From Steroidobacteraceae bacterium (GTDB taxonomy: Bacteria > Pseudomonadota > Gammaproteobacteria > Steroidobacterales > Steroidobacteraceae), in assembly GCA_041486385.1 (NCBI GenBank), contig JBGPLJ010000001.1, forward strand, positions 1 to 37,920: a stretch of DNA of 37,920 bases, given 5' to 3'. The position numbers and the translations under genes are program-made. The notes under the pieces are model-generated. The model was not told the origin of the DNA and did no database searches. It worked only from the letters and a program-made list of their open reading frames with translations. Of this stretch, positions 15,989 to 24,785 are shown piece after piece (the first letter of the stretch is position 1; each line of letters opens with the position of its first letter).

Positions 15989-16186
15989 TCAATGCAAACG
16001 CGACCAGTGCAGAATGCGGATGTCATCGAGGTCGATGTCGAGACTGCGAGCCAGAATCGTTGCCACCTCTTGCATGTCTCCTGGCGCCTGGGGCACTCGG
16101 TTCAACTCCACTACGCCGCTGAATTCGCTCGGTGCGGGCTGCTGGGCCTCGCTCATGAGGAAGTGGGTGTAGTACTTGACGCCCAT
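15989..16186 (-). CDS. 65-aa conserved hypothetical protein (paralogue of 9409-9606)
   Basis: ATG 16186 (MGVKYYTHFLM...). It is exactly the same length as the 9409-9606 product and aligns to it without gaps (22/65 identical by hand count). It is followed by tandem hairpins and a U-tract. No obvious Shine-Dalgarno sequence. Confidence 0.6.
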   Translation of the reverse strand: MGVKYYTHFLMSEAQQPAPSEFSGVVELNRVPQAPGDMQEVATILARSLDIDLDDIRILHWSRLH

Positions 16187-16304
16187 GGAGCCGCAGATTA
16201 AAGACGGGCGTCCTGTCAATCTGTGACTACCGGCACACAACGCCCGGGCGTCCCGGTGAAACAGGTCACGAAGCCGATCGCCAGCCACTGGTTAACCAAT
16301 CGTC

Positions 16305-16811
16305 ATGACGAGATTTCGCATCCCCGACCGCCCGGGCTCGCAATACATCACCCCCGAAGGTGCGGCGCGGCTGCGCGCGGAGCTCGATGCGCTCTGGAGC
16401 GCCGAGCGTCCAGAGGTCACGCGCGCCGTGAGCGAAGCGGCAGCGCTCGGCGACCGTTCGGAAAACGCGGAGTACATCTACGGCAAGAAGCGGCTGCGCG
16501 AAATCGACAGCCGCGTGCGCTTCTTGCGCAAGCGCCTCGAGGGCATGGTGGTTGTCGATCAGCCGCCTTCCGATCCGCAGCGCGTTTTTTTCGGCGCCTG
16601 GGTGACCGTGGAAGATGAAGCCGGGGAAGCGAGGCTCTACCGCATCGTGGGCCCGGACGAATTTGACCGCGAGACCGAGTTCATCAGCATGGATTCGCCG
16701 CTCGGCAAGGCGCTCCTCGGAAAACGACTGGATGCTGAAGTGCTGGTCGCTTTGCCGGGTGGCGAACGACGGCTCATCATTACCGCGATCGCTTACGGTG
16801 CGCGGCCTTAG
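16305..16811 (+). CDS. greB: transcription elongation factor GreB
   Basis: ITPEGAARLRAELDALWSAERPEVTRAVSEAAALGDRSENAEYIYGKKRLREIDSRVRFLRKRL is the GreB-type N-terminal coiled coil. It has a Gre C-terminal domain and is about 168 aa. Confidence 0.9.
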   Translation: MTRFRIPDRPGSQYITPEGAARLRAELDALWSAERPEVTRAVSEAAALGDRSENAEYIYGKKRLREIDSRVRFLRKRLEGMVVVDQPPSDPQRVFFGAWVTVEDEAGEARLYRIVGPDEFDRETEFISMDSPLGKALLGKRLDAEVLVALPGGERRLIITAIAYGARP

Positions 16812-16889
16812 CCGCCCAAGTAGAAAACTATGGAAACCAGGGGTAAGCCGCGGAAATATAGAACGCGCCTTTCTGGTCACCTCGTTCGC

Positions 16890-17438
16890 ATGAGCATCAA
16901 TCGCCGCCAGCTTCTCTGCGCCTTGCCCGCCCTGCCGATGCTCGCCCGCCTGGCATCGTCCACCAGCAACGCAGCCAGCGATCTTGCTATCGCGCCGGAA
17001 TTCACCGCGCGGGACCAGCGCGACTGGATCAATTCAGCTCCGTTGCGCTGGTCGAGCCTCGCCGGGCGCGTCGTGCTGCTCGACTTCTGGGCATTCGAAT
17101 GCTGGAACTGCTACCGCAGTTTTCCGTGGCTACGCACGGTCGAAGCCCGCTTCGCACCGCGCGGCCTGAGCGTCGTTGGAATTCACAGTCCGGAACTCGC
17201 AGCGGAACACGATCGCGCGCGCGTCCGCGAGAAGGCGCGCGAGTTCAAACTCGAACACCCGATCATGATTGACGATGACTTCCGGTACTGGCGGGCTCTC
17301 GACAACGAGTACTGGCCCGCGTACTACCTCGTCGACCGCCGGCGCCGCATCCGCGCCCGCTACTACGGAGAAACGCACACCGGTGATGCGCAGGCAACGC
17401 GCATCGAGAACGCCGTCGAGACCCTGCTGTCCGAGTAG
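16890..17438 (+). CDS. exported thioredoxin-fold redoxin (TlpA/AhpC-TSA-like)
   Basis: ATG 16890 gives a signal sequence (MSINRRQLLCALPALPMLARLASS). It has the redox motif WAFECWNCYRSFPWL (C-x-x-C) and GIHSPE. Confidence 0.8.
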   Translation: MSINRRQLLCALPALPMLARLASSTSNAASDLAIAPEFTARDQRDWINSAPLRWSSLAGRVVLLDFWAFECWNCYRSFPWLRTVEARFAPRGLSVVGIHSPELAAEHDRARVREKAREFKLEHPIMIDDDFRYWRALDNEYWPAYYLVDRRRRIRARYYGETHTGDAQATRIENAVETLLSE

Positions 17439-17442
17439 AAAA

Positions 17443-17727
17443 GGGGTCAGATCTATCTTTCCCGTTTGACGGTTTCGTCGGAGTCAGTCAGCGGAGCGGC
17501 CATGTCTGCGCCCGGCTCCAGCGTTCAGTCGCAACTTGCCTTGGACGGCCTGCCCGCAAACATCGCCAGACCGGGCTTGCCAGACCCCATCCGCTGCCCG
17601 CCTCCGCCGAAACTCGCAAGGGCGAATGGCGCCTCAGCACTTGAATCGCCGGTCATCGCGCCAGCAATTGATCGAGCCACTCTTGTCTCGGCCTGGCAGC
17701 GCTGGCTGGGAAAATAGATCTGACGCC
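17443..17727. mobile_element. MITE-like repeat, family B, copy 1
   Basis: The terminal inverted repeats are GGGGTCAGATCTATCTTTCCC (left) and GGGAAAATAGATCTGACGCC (right). A ~157-nt core is about 90% identical (hand count: ~14 differences) to the reverse complement of 25060-25225. It fills the gap between the convergent redoxin and hss genes. It has no credible ORF. Confidence 0.65.
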
Positions 17728-17734
17728 TTATTCG

Positions 17735-19153
17735 CTACATCACCCGGACGTTTTTGAACTGCCAAGGATCCGTTTCGTCGAGATCCTCGGGGAAGAGGCG
17801 CCCGCGATCGAAGAGCGGGTTCCATTCGGAGTACTGCCCGACGACCGGCCCGAGATACGGCATGCAGATCTCGAGGTGGCGGCGGAAATCCATCTCGTCG
17901 GGCTCAACGATACCCATGCTCGGGTTCTCAATTGCCCACACCATTCCGGAGAGGCACGCGACCGTGACCTGCAAACTCGTCGCGCTGTTGTATGGCACGA
18001 GGCGCCGTGCCTCATCGATCGAGAGCTGTGATCCGTACCAGTAGGCGTTCTTCTTGTGCCCCGCGAGCAGTACACCAAGTTCATCGATGCCTTTCGTGAT
18101 GTCGTCCATCATGATTCGCTGACGGGCCTGCAGGCGCCAATTGCGGCCAGCGAACTCGTGTACGGACAGCACCGCGGCATCCGCGGGGTGATAGGCGTAG
18201 TGCACAGTCGGTCGATAGACGACGTTGGCGCCATCTTTCACCGTATAGAAGTCGGCCATGGTGATCGACTCGCCGTGCGTGACGAGAAAGCCATGGAAAT
18301 GTCCGGCTAGCGGCGTCCAGGTACGCACCTTGGTGCCCGCGCCCGGCTGATTGAGATAGATCGCGCACTGCGAGCCGAAATCATGGCGGCGGCCATCGCG
18401 CGGGAAATTGCGTTCGTGCGTGCCCCAGCCCAGCTCCGCGGGTTGCGAGCCTTCGCTCACGAAGCCATCGACCGACCAGGTGTTCACGAACTCTCCCAGC
18501 TCCTTCGGCACGCTCGAGATCTGCGTATCGCGCTCGGCGATATGAATCACCTTGATGCCAAGCTTCTGCGCGAGGCGCGCCCAATCCTGCTTGGTCTCTG
18601 GATTGCCGGCGTCCGTCTGGGTGTCCTCGGCGATGTTCAGCAGCGCTTGCTTCACGAAGTGCTGCACGAGGCCGGGGTTCGCGCCATGAGTCAGCACGGC
18701 GGTCGGCGCCCGCGGATTGGCGGCGCGCACCGCCAGCGCCTCTTCACGCAAGGCGTAGTTCGAGCGCTTGGAAAGCGGAATTGCCGGATCGGTGTAGCCG
18801 CCCGGCCAGGGCTCGATGCAGGTGTCGAGGTAGAGCGCGCCTTTCTCCGCGCACAGCTTGACGAGGGCGATGCTCGAGACGTCGACCGACACATTGATCA
18901 CGAAATCGCCGCGCCCGACGTGCGGATCGAGCACGCGACGGTAGTTGTCGCGCGTCAAAGGTTCGATGATGAATTTGATTCCGTACTGTTCGGCCGCGCG
19001 CCGGCCCTTGTCGTCGGCCGTGATGATCGTGATGCGCTCGGACTTGATCCCGATGTGCCGCAGGACGAGCGGCAAAACGCCCTGGCCGATGCTGCCAAAT
19101 CCGACGAATACGATCCGGCCTGGAAACTGAACATGAATCTTGTGATTGCTCAT
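17735..19153 (-). CDS. hss: homospermidine synthase
   Basis: 472 aa. The N-terminal Rossmann motif (IVFVGFGSIGQGVLPLV), then ...TRDNYRRVL...INVSVDVSS..LV.LC.EKGALYLDTCIEPW, matches bacterial homospermidine synthase (saccharopine-dehydrogenase-like fold). Confidence 0.85.
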   Translation of the reverse strand: MSNHKIHVQFPGRIVFVGFGSIGQGVLPLVLRHIGIKSERITIITADDKGRRAAEQYGIKFIIEPLTRDNYRRVLDPHVGRGDFVINVSVDVSSIALVKLCAEKGALYLDTCIEPWPGGYTDPAIPLSKRSNYALREEALAVRAANPRAPTAVLTHGANPGLVQHFVKQALLNIAEDTQTDAGNPETKQDWARLAQKLGIKVIHIAERDTQISSVPKELGEFVNTWSVDGFVSEGSQPAELGWGTHERNFPRDGRRHDFGSQCAIYLNQPGAGTKVRTWTPLAGHFHGFLVTHGESITMADFYTVKDGANVVYRPTVHYAYHPADAAVLSVHEFAGRNWRLQARQRIMMDDITKGIDELGVLLAGHKKNAYWYGSQLSIDEARRLVPYNSATSLQVTVACLSGMVWAIENPSMGIVEPDEMDFRRHLEICMPYLGPVVGQYSEWNPLFDRGRLFPEDLDETDPWQFKNVRVM

Positions 19154-19257
19154 GATGCTGTCTTTCTCACTACCGGGGCCGCGGGCACGCGAGCCCCTTC
19201 ATACAAGGGCGTGCAGGTTACAGGGCCGCATGGCAGGGAGCCAGCCTGCGCAGGGAC

Positions 19258-19950
19258 TCAACCGACCGCGGGACTCGGTGCGGCAGGTGCTTCGCGCCAG
19301 TGAGGCGGATAGGTGCGCTCATAGCCGGGCTGCGCTTCGACCCGGTGGATCCAGCGCGCGATCGCCGGGTAGTGCACGTCGAGCGGGAGAAACCGCGAAC
19401 GCAGATCCGCGGCCGCGGGCTTCGACAACGCGCGCAGCAACAATTGGATGCCTGGAAAAATCACCATGTCGGCGGCGGACATCTCTTCGCCCACGACCCA
19501 ATCGGACTTCGACAGGCGCCCTTCGATCGTGCGCGCTTCGCCGCCGACGAGATGCATCGCGTGGGCGATCGCCTCGCTCCTCAGATCCACGCCCCCGCTG
19601 AACACCGCGCCGACGAACTTGTTGATCTCGACCTCGGCATAGGACTGGTATTCGCAGATCACACGCATGATCGTGCCCGCTTCCTCGGGCGTATGGCCGA
19701 AGATGCGCGGAGTGGGATACTTGAGGTCCAGGTAATAGAGAATGGCGAGGGACTCGAAGCAGACGTATTCGCCATCCTTGATCACGGGCACCTGCCCGCG
19801 AAAATTCATCTTCAGCATCTGCGGCGATTTGTGCTCCTGCTTGGAGAACTGCAGGAGGTGCGACTCGTACGGCAGGCGCTTGCGCTCAAGAGCGAGCAGC
19901 ACGCGCCATGCGTAGGGACTGCCACTACCCCAATAGACTTCGAGTGCCAT
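19258..19950 (-). CDS. glutathione S-transferase
   Basis: ATG 19950 (MALEVYWGSGSPYAWRVLLALERKRLPYE). It has the GST N-terminal thioredoxin-like motif (RGQVPVIKDGEYVCFESLAILYYL) and a helical C-domain. Confidence 0.85.
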   Translation of the reverse strand: MALEVYWGSGSPYAWRVLLALERKRLPYESHLLQFSKQEHKSPQMLKMNFRGQVPVIKDGEYVCFESLAILYYLDLKYPTPRIFGHTPEEAGTIMRVICEYQSYAEVEINKFVGAVFSGGVDLRSEAIAHAMHLVGGEARTIEGRLSKSDWVVGEEMSAADMVIFPGIQLLLRALSKPAAADLRSRFLPLDVHYPAIARWIHRVEAQPGYERTYPPHWREAPAAPSPAVG

Positions 19951-20051
19951 GTCGGGCCGTGTATTTGATGTATCGTCGCGCGATGCGGGCTGCGGATTGA
20001 ATTGTAGCCACAACCGATAGTGGGCGGGAACCGGGGGGCAGGAACTGGCGC

Positions 20052-20912
20052 ATGAGCTACACGACTCTCATTGAAGCCGCTGACCTTGCCAAGGAGCTGG
20101 CAACGCTCCGCGACTCCGCGCAGCTCGTCGTGGTGGATTGCCGTTATGACCTCTTTGCCTCGCAGGCGGGCGCAGCAGCCTACGCGCGGGGTCACATTCC
20201 GGGCGCGTCCTACGCGCACCTCGACCATGACCTCGCTCAACCGCAGACGGCGGCAAGCGGGCGCCATCCACTGCCGGACGTGGAAACCTTTGTTGCGACG
20301 CTGCGCCGCTGGGGCATCGGTCCTGAAACTCAGGTCGTGGTCTATGACGACAGCAACGGCGCGACCGCCGGACGGCTCTGGTGGATGCTGCGCTGGCTCG
20401 GCCACTCGCGGGTCGCCGTGCTCAACGGCGGCTGGAAGCAATGGCTGGCGCGATCCAGCCCGCAAACCGACCTCGCGCCGCAATGCGCGCCAGGCGCCTT
20501 CAGCGCCCGCGCCGATCGCAAGCAGTGGGTATCGACGGATGAAATCTCGGTAATGATTGGCCGGCCTGAACTCCTCCTGATCGACGCGCGCGCGACCGAT
20601 CGCTTCAGCGGCCACAGCGAACCCATTGATCCGATTGCCGGCCACGTGCCCGGCGCGCGCAGTCATCCGCTCACGCTGAATCTCGATACCGATGGCCGCT
20701 TCCTTGCGCCGGAAGAGCTGCGCCGCCGCTGGTTACAGACGCTCGGCGCCGCGTCGCCCGCGAGCGCCATCACGATGTGCGGCTCGGGCGTATCCGCCTG
20801 TCACAACCTCATCGCCCTCGAACTTGCCGGCCTCGGCGGCGCCCGTCTCTACCCGGGATCGTGGAGTGAATGGATTCGCGATCGCGCCCGGCCGATCGCG
20901 ACCAGCCCCTGA
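20052..20912 (+). CDS. sseA: tandem-rhodanese sulfurtransferase (3-mercaptopyruvate/thiosulfate sulfurtransferase, SseA-like)
   Basis: It has two rhodanese domains. The active-site loop CGSGVSAC is in the C-terminal domain, and the first domain has the HIPGA motif. Confidence 0.8.
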   Translation: MSYTTLIEAADLAKELATLRDSAQLVVVDCRYDLFASQAGAAAYARGHIPGASYAHLDHDLAQPQTAASGRHPLPDVETFVATLRRWGIGPETQVVVYDDSNGATAGRLWWMLRWLGHSRVAVLNGGWKQWLARSSPQTDLAPQCAPGAFSARADRKQWVSTDEISVMIGRPELLLIDARATDRFSGHSEPIDPIAGHVPGARSHPLTLNLDTDGRFLAPEELRRRWLQTLGAASPASAITMCGSGVSACHNLIALELAGLGGARLYPGSWSEWIRDRARPIATSP

Positions 20913-20953
20913 CGCATTTACTTGCAGCCCATATTTGTTATCGTGCGCGCGCC

Positions 20954-22915
20954 GTGGATAACACCGCCAAGAAGCTGAGCCCCGACCTGAGCTGGAAAAT
21001 CGAGGATGCACTCGAGCTCTATCAGGTGCAGGCCTGGGGCAAGGGTTATTTCAGCATCAATGCGGAAGGCCACGTGGTCGTGCGCCCGGACATGGACCCG
21101 GCGCGTGCGATCGACCTGCTGGAGCTGGTCGAAGGACTCAAGGCGCGTGACCTCACCGCGCCCGTCGTCGTGCGCTTCTCGGACATCATTGCGCATCGCC
21201 TGAAGCACCTGCACGACGCGTTCGCGAGCGCCATCACCGAGAACGACTACAAGAATCGCTACGCCGCGGTTTTCCCGATCAAGGTGAACCAGCAGCGCAC
21301 CGTGGTGGAAGAGGTCTACCGTTGCGGCAAGCAATTCGGCTTCGGGCTCGAAGTCGGCTCCAAGCCCGAGCTCCTTGCGGTCATGGCAATCACCGAGGAT
21401 GTGCGCGATCGTCTCATCATCTGCAACGGCTTCAAGGATGACAGCTACATCGAGGCGGTGATCCTCGCGACCAAACTCGGCCGCGCAATCATTCCGGTGG
21501 TGGAGAACTTCAGCGAACTCGCATTGATCCTGAAGCATGCCGAGAGGTATCAGGTGCGTCCGCAGATCGGCGTACGCGTGAAGCTCGCGAGCGAAGGCGC
21601 CGGCCGCTGGCGCGAATCGGCGGGCGAGAAATCGAAATTCGGCCTGTTCATCAGCGAAATCCTCGAGCTTTTCCAGACCCTGAAAAGCCGGGACATGCTC
21701 GATTGCCTGAAACTCGTGCATTGCCATCCCGGCAGCCAGCTACAGGACATTCGCCGTGTGAAGGAATCCATCAACGAGCTCGCGCACGTCTATGGCGAAC
21801 TGAAGGGCATGGGCGCCGGGCTCGAGTACATCGATATCGGCGGGGGCCTCGGCATCGACTACGACGGCAGCGGCACCAACTTTCCGTCGTCGATGAACTA
21901 CACGCTGAACGAGTACGCAAGCGACGTCGTCTACCGGATCGCGAGCGTATGCAACGCGCGCGAGATCCCGCACCCGATCATCGTGAGCGAGTCCGGCCGC
22001 GCCATCGCCGCTCACCACAGCGTGCTGATCTTCAACACGCTCGGCTCCTCCGCGCTCGACAAGTTCCGCGTCGCGGGCAAGGTCGCGGAGGACTACGCGG
22101 GGAGCGATGACATTCCGCAGCCGGTGCTCGACCTCTTCGACGCGCACCGCTCGGTGAGCGAGCGCCGTCTCGTCGAGTGCTACCACGACGCGCAGCAGGC
22201 TCGCGAACAGGCCTTGCAGATGTTCAACCTCGGTTACCTGACGCTTGAATTCCGCGGGCTCGCCGAGCGGCTCTTCTGGGCAACCTGCGCGAAAGTGCGC
22301 GACTTCTGCCGCCGGCTCGACGAAGTCCCCGAAGAACTCGAGGGGCTCGAGGCGCTGCTGTCCGATACCTACTTCTGCAATTTCTCGGTCTTTCAGTCGC
22401 TCCCCGACAGCTGGGCGATCGACCAGCTCTTTCCGATCATGCCCGTGCATCGACTGACGGAGCGGCCGACGCGCAACGCCGTGCTGGCTGACATTACCTG
22501 CGATTCGGACGGCAAGATCGACCGCTTCGTGAGCCTGCGCGACGTGCAGCGCACGCTCGTGCTGCACGATCTCGTCGAGGGCCAGGAGTATTACCTCGCG
22601 GCGTTCCTGGTCGGCGCCTATCAAGAGACGCTGGGCGACCTGCATAACCTCTTCGGCGACACGCATGTCGTCCATATCCGCCTGCACGATGAAGGCGGCT
22701 GGTGGATCGAGGAGATCGTCAAGGGCGATACCGCCGGTGAAGTGCTTGGCTACATGCAATACGACGTGGAGCGCCTCTTTCCCCAGCTCTCACGCGATTG
22801 CGAACGCGCCGTGCGCGAAGGCCGCATGTCGCTCGCGGAAAGCCAGGCTCTGCGCCGCTTCTACGAGAGCGAGTTGAACGGCTATACGTATCTCGAGCCC
22901 GACGGCTCGATCTGA
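20954..22915 (+). CDS. speA: biosynthetic arginine decarboxylase
   Basis: GTG 20954 is chosen so that the gene does not overlap the rhodanese gene. WKIEDALELYQVQAWGKGYFSINAEGHVVVRP is the SpeA N-terminus. It has the PLP site FPIKVNQQ and HCHPGSQ, EYIDIGGGLGIDYDG. About 653 aa. Confidence 0.9.
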   Translation: MDNTAKKLSPDLSWKIEDALELYQVQAWGKGYFSINAEGHVVVRPDMDPARAIDLLELVEGLKARDLTAPVVVRFSDIIAHRLKHLHDAFASAITENDYKNRYAAVFPIKVNQQRTVVEEVYRCGKQFGFGLEVGSKPELLAVMAITEDVRDRLIICNGFKDDSYIEAVILATKLGRAIIPVVENFSELALILKHAERYQVRPQIGVRVKLASEGAGRWRESAGEKSKFGLFISEILELFQTLKSRDMLDCLKLVHCHPGSQLQDIRRVKESINELAHVYGELKGMGAGLEYIDIGGGLGIDYDGSGTNFPSSMNYTLNEYASDVVYRIASVCNAREIPHPIIVSESGRAIAAHHSVLIFNTLGSSALDKFRVAGKVAEDYAGSDDIPQPVLDLFDAHRSVSERRLVECYHDAQQAREQALQMFNLGYLTLEFRGLAERLFWATCAKVRDFCRRLDEVPEELEGLEALLSDTYFCNFSVFQSLPDSWAIDQLFPIMPVHRLTERPTRNAVLADITCDSDGKIDRFVSLRDVQRTLVLHDLVEGQEYYLAAFLVGAYQETLGDLHNLFGDTHVVHIRLHDEGGWWIEEIVKGDTAGEVLGYMQYDVERLFPQLSRDCERAVREGRMSLAESQALRRFYESELNGYTYLEPDGSI

Positions 22916-22926
22916 AGATCACCGTC

Positions 22927-23205
22927 ATGGACTGGAGAACCGCGGCGATTGTCTTCGGGACGGTGTTCGTCGCCGAACTCGGCGACAAGACACAGCTTGC
23001 GACTTTGCTCTTCGCGGCGAACCGGCCCCAGGGAAAGCTGCTGGTGTTCCTTGCAGCGTCGGCGGCGCTGGTCCTCGCGAGCGCGATCGGCGTGCTCGCC
23101 GGGTCCGTGCTTACCCGCTATGTGGAACCTCGTCATCTCACGCTCGCCGCCGGTGTCGGCTTCATGATCATTGGTTTGTGGACGATCTGGAGCACCCTGC
23201 GCTGA
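22927..23205 (+). CDS. UPF0016 (GDT1/TMEM165) family half-size membrane protein
   Basis: 92 aa with three hydrophobic helices and a single E-L-G-D-K-T-Q signature motif. It starts 11 nt after the speA stop. Confidence 0.8.
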   Translation: MDWRTAAIVFGTVFVAELGDKTQLATLLFAANRPQGKLLVFLAASAALVLASAIGVLAGSVLTRYVEPRHLTLAAGVGFMIIGLWTIWSTLR

Positions 23206-23574
23206 GCCGAAACGAATTGGCGCTTTTTTACGACAACTGGCACGCGACAGGCCCCGATCGAGGGTCGCCGCTCGTTGCCCGGCCCCGTTTCGGTCCCACG
23301 ATCGCTCCTTTCGAGCGCATCTTGCGTCGCCAGAGCCAATTTGTTGCATCGACGCCAATGAGTTCATTTGCACTGTCTGGATAAGTGCAGTTACGATCGG
23401 CGCCGGTTCGTACCCGAAATTGAGCACGATCCTAAAGGTGCAGGCCTACGCTAAAGCCTTGCTCTCGTGTCCGCGCCGGACTCGGCTGGCTGATGAGTGC
23501 TGACCTGTGGGTTCAATCGCGGTAACGCAGCGGAACCGTCCGCGGGCGACCGCCGGCAGAGTGAGACTTACTCG

Positions 23575-23850
23575 ATGACGACGATCTACGTGGGAAACCT
23601 CCCCTTCACTGCGACTGAAGATGAAGTTCGTGGGCTGTTCGAGCGTCATGGCAAAGTGGACTCCGTCAAGCTCATCAACGATCGCGAAACCGGCCGGCCG
23701 CGCGGCTTCGGCTTCGTCGAGATGTGCGGTACCGAAGCGCAGACCGCAATCCAGCAGATGAACGGCTTCCAGATGGGTGGCCGTCCGCTGCGGGTGAATG
23801 AAGCACAGGAACGTCCCGCGCGCCCGAAGGGCGGCGGCTTCCGTCGCTGA
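23575..23850 (+). CDS. RRM-type RNA-binding protein with Gly/Arg tail
   Basis: It has RNP-2 (IYVGNL), RNP-1 (RGFGFVEM) and the C-terminal PKGGGFRR. Confidence 0.9.
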   Translation: MTTIYVGNLPFTATEDEVRGLFERHGKVDSVKLINDRETGRPRGFGFVEMCGTEAQTAIQQMNGFQMGGRPLRVNEAQERPARPKGGGFRR

Positions 23851-23878
23851 TTCACGCTGATTGACGACGCAAGTAAGA

Positions 23879-23908
23879 GAACCCCGCCCGCGCGGGGTTC
23901 TTTTTTTT
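23879..23908 (+). terminator. rho-independent terminator of the RRM gene
   Basis: GAACCCCGC-ccgc-GCGGGGTTC followed by eight T (23901-23908). Confidence 0.85.
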
Positions 23909-23923
23909 GCGATCATGTGACAG

Positions 23924-24784
23924 ATGAAAATCACTCGCCCGATCCTCTCCGCCGCAACGCTCACAGTCATCGCTTGCAGCGTGTTCGGCCTGACGGCTTG
24001 CACGCCGATAGCGCAGCCCGCCCAGAAAGCTGACGCCGCGGGCGCGCAGCAGCTCGACCGGATCCTTGCCGGCGATCAGAGAAGCGCGGCCAATCGCGCG
24101 CGCGACGTGTACCGGCACCCGAAGGAAACGCTCGAGTTCTTCGGCGCGCGCCCCGGAATGACGATCGTCGAGATCTACCCGGGCGCCGGTTGGTACACCG
24201 AAATTCTCGCGCCTCTGGTGCATGGGTCCGGCAAGTTCTACGCCGCACACTATGATCCGGATTCGCCGGGCAAAGGCGCACAGGAGTCGCTGCAAAGTTA
24301 CCGTGACATGCTGGCCGCCAGACCCGATCTGTATGGCGAAGTGCAGGTTACCGCGCTGAGCGCAACGAAAACCGCCATCGCGCCGCCGGGCTCCGTGGAT
24401 CTCGTGGTGACCTTCCGCAATATTCACGACTGGATGCGCGGCGGCTACGCGCCGGTGGCGTTCAAGGCGATGTACGACGCGTTGAAGCCGGGCGGCGTAC
24501 TGGGCGTCGAGGAACACCGCGGCCGCGCCGATCAGCCGCAGGACCCGCAGGCGAAATCAGGTTACGTGCGCGAAGACTTCGCGATCGCGATGATCGAGAG
24601 CGTCGGCTTCAAGCTCCTCGCCCGCTCGGAAATCAACGCCAATCGGAAAGACACCAAGGACTACGTGAAAGGCGTATGGACGTTGCCGCCCACCTACGCG
24701 GACGGCGACAACGATCGCGCGAAATACACGGCCATCGGCGAGAGCGACCGCTTCACCCTCAAATTCATCAAGCCCGCGAAGTAG
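23924..24784 (+). CDS. exported/lipoprotein class I SAM-dependent methyltransferase (COG4798-like)
   Basis: It has a lipoprotein-type signal (TLTVIACSVFGLTAC). RDVYRHPKETLEFFGARPGMTIVEIYPGAGWYTEILAPLV is the family N-terminal block with SAM motif I. Confidence 0.75.
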   Translation: MKITRPILSAATLTVIACSVFGLTACTPIAQPAQKADAAGAQQLDRILAGDQRSAANRARDVYRHPKETLEFFGARPGMTIVEIYPGAGWYTEILAPLVHGSGKFYAAHYDPDSPGKGAQESLQSYRDMLAARPDLYGEVQVTALSATKTAIAPPGSVDLVVTFRNIHDWMRGGYAPVAFKAMYDALKPGGVLGVEEHRGRADQPQDPQAKSGYVREDFAIAMIESVGFKLLARSEINANRKDTKDYVKGVWTLPPTYADGDNDRAKYTAIGESDRFTLKFIKPAK

Positions 24785-24785
24785 A

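Noticed and set aside
23505-23535. GGGTTCAATC motif resembling a tRNA T-loop
   Set aside because: The flanking bases cannot form a T-stem, and no acceptor or anticodon arms can be drawn. I found no tRNA anywhere in the window.
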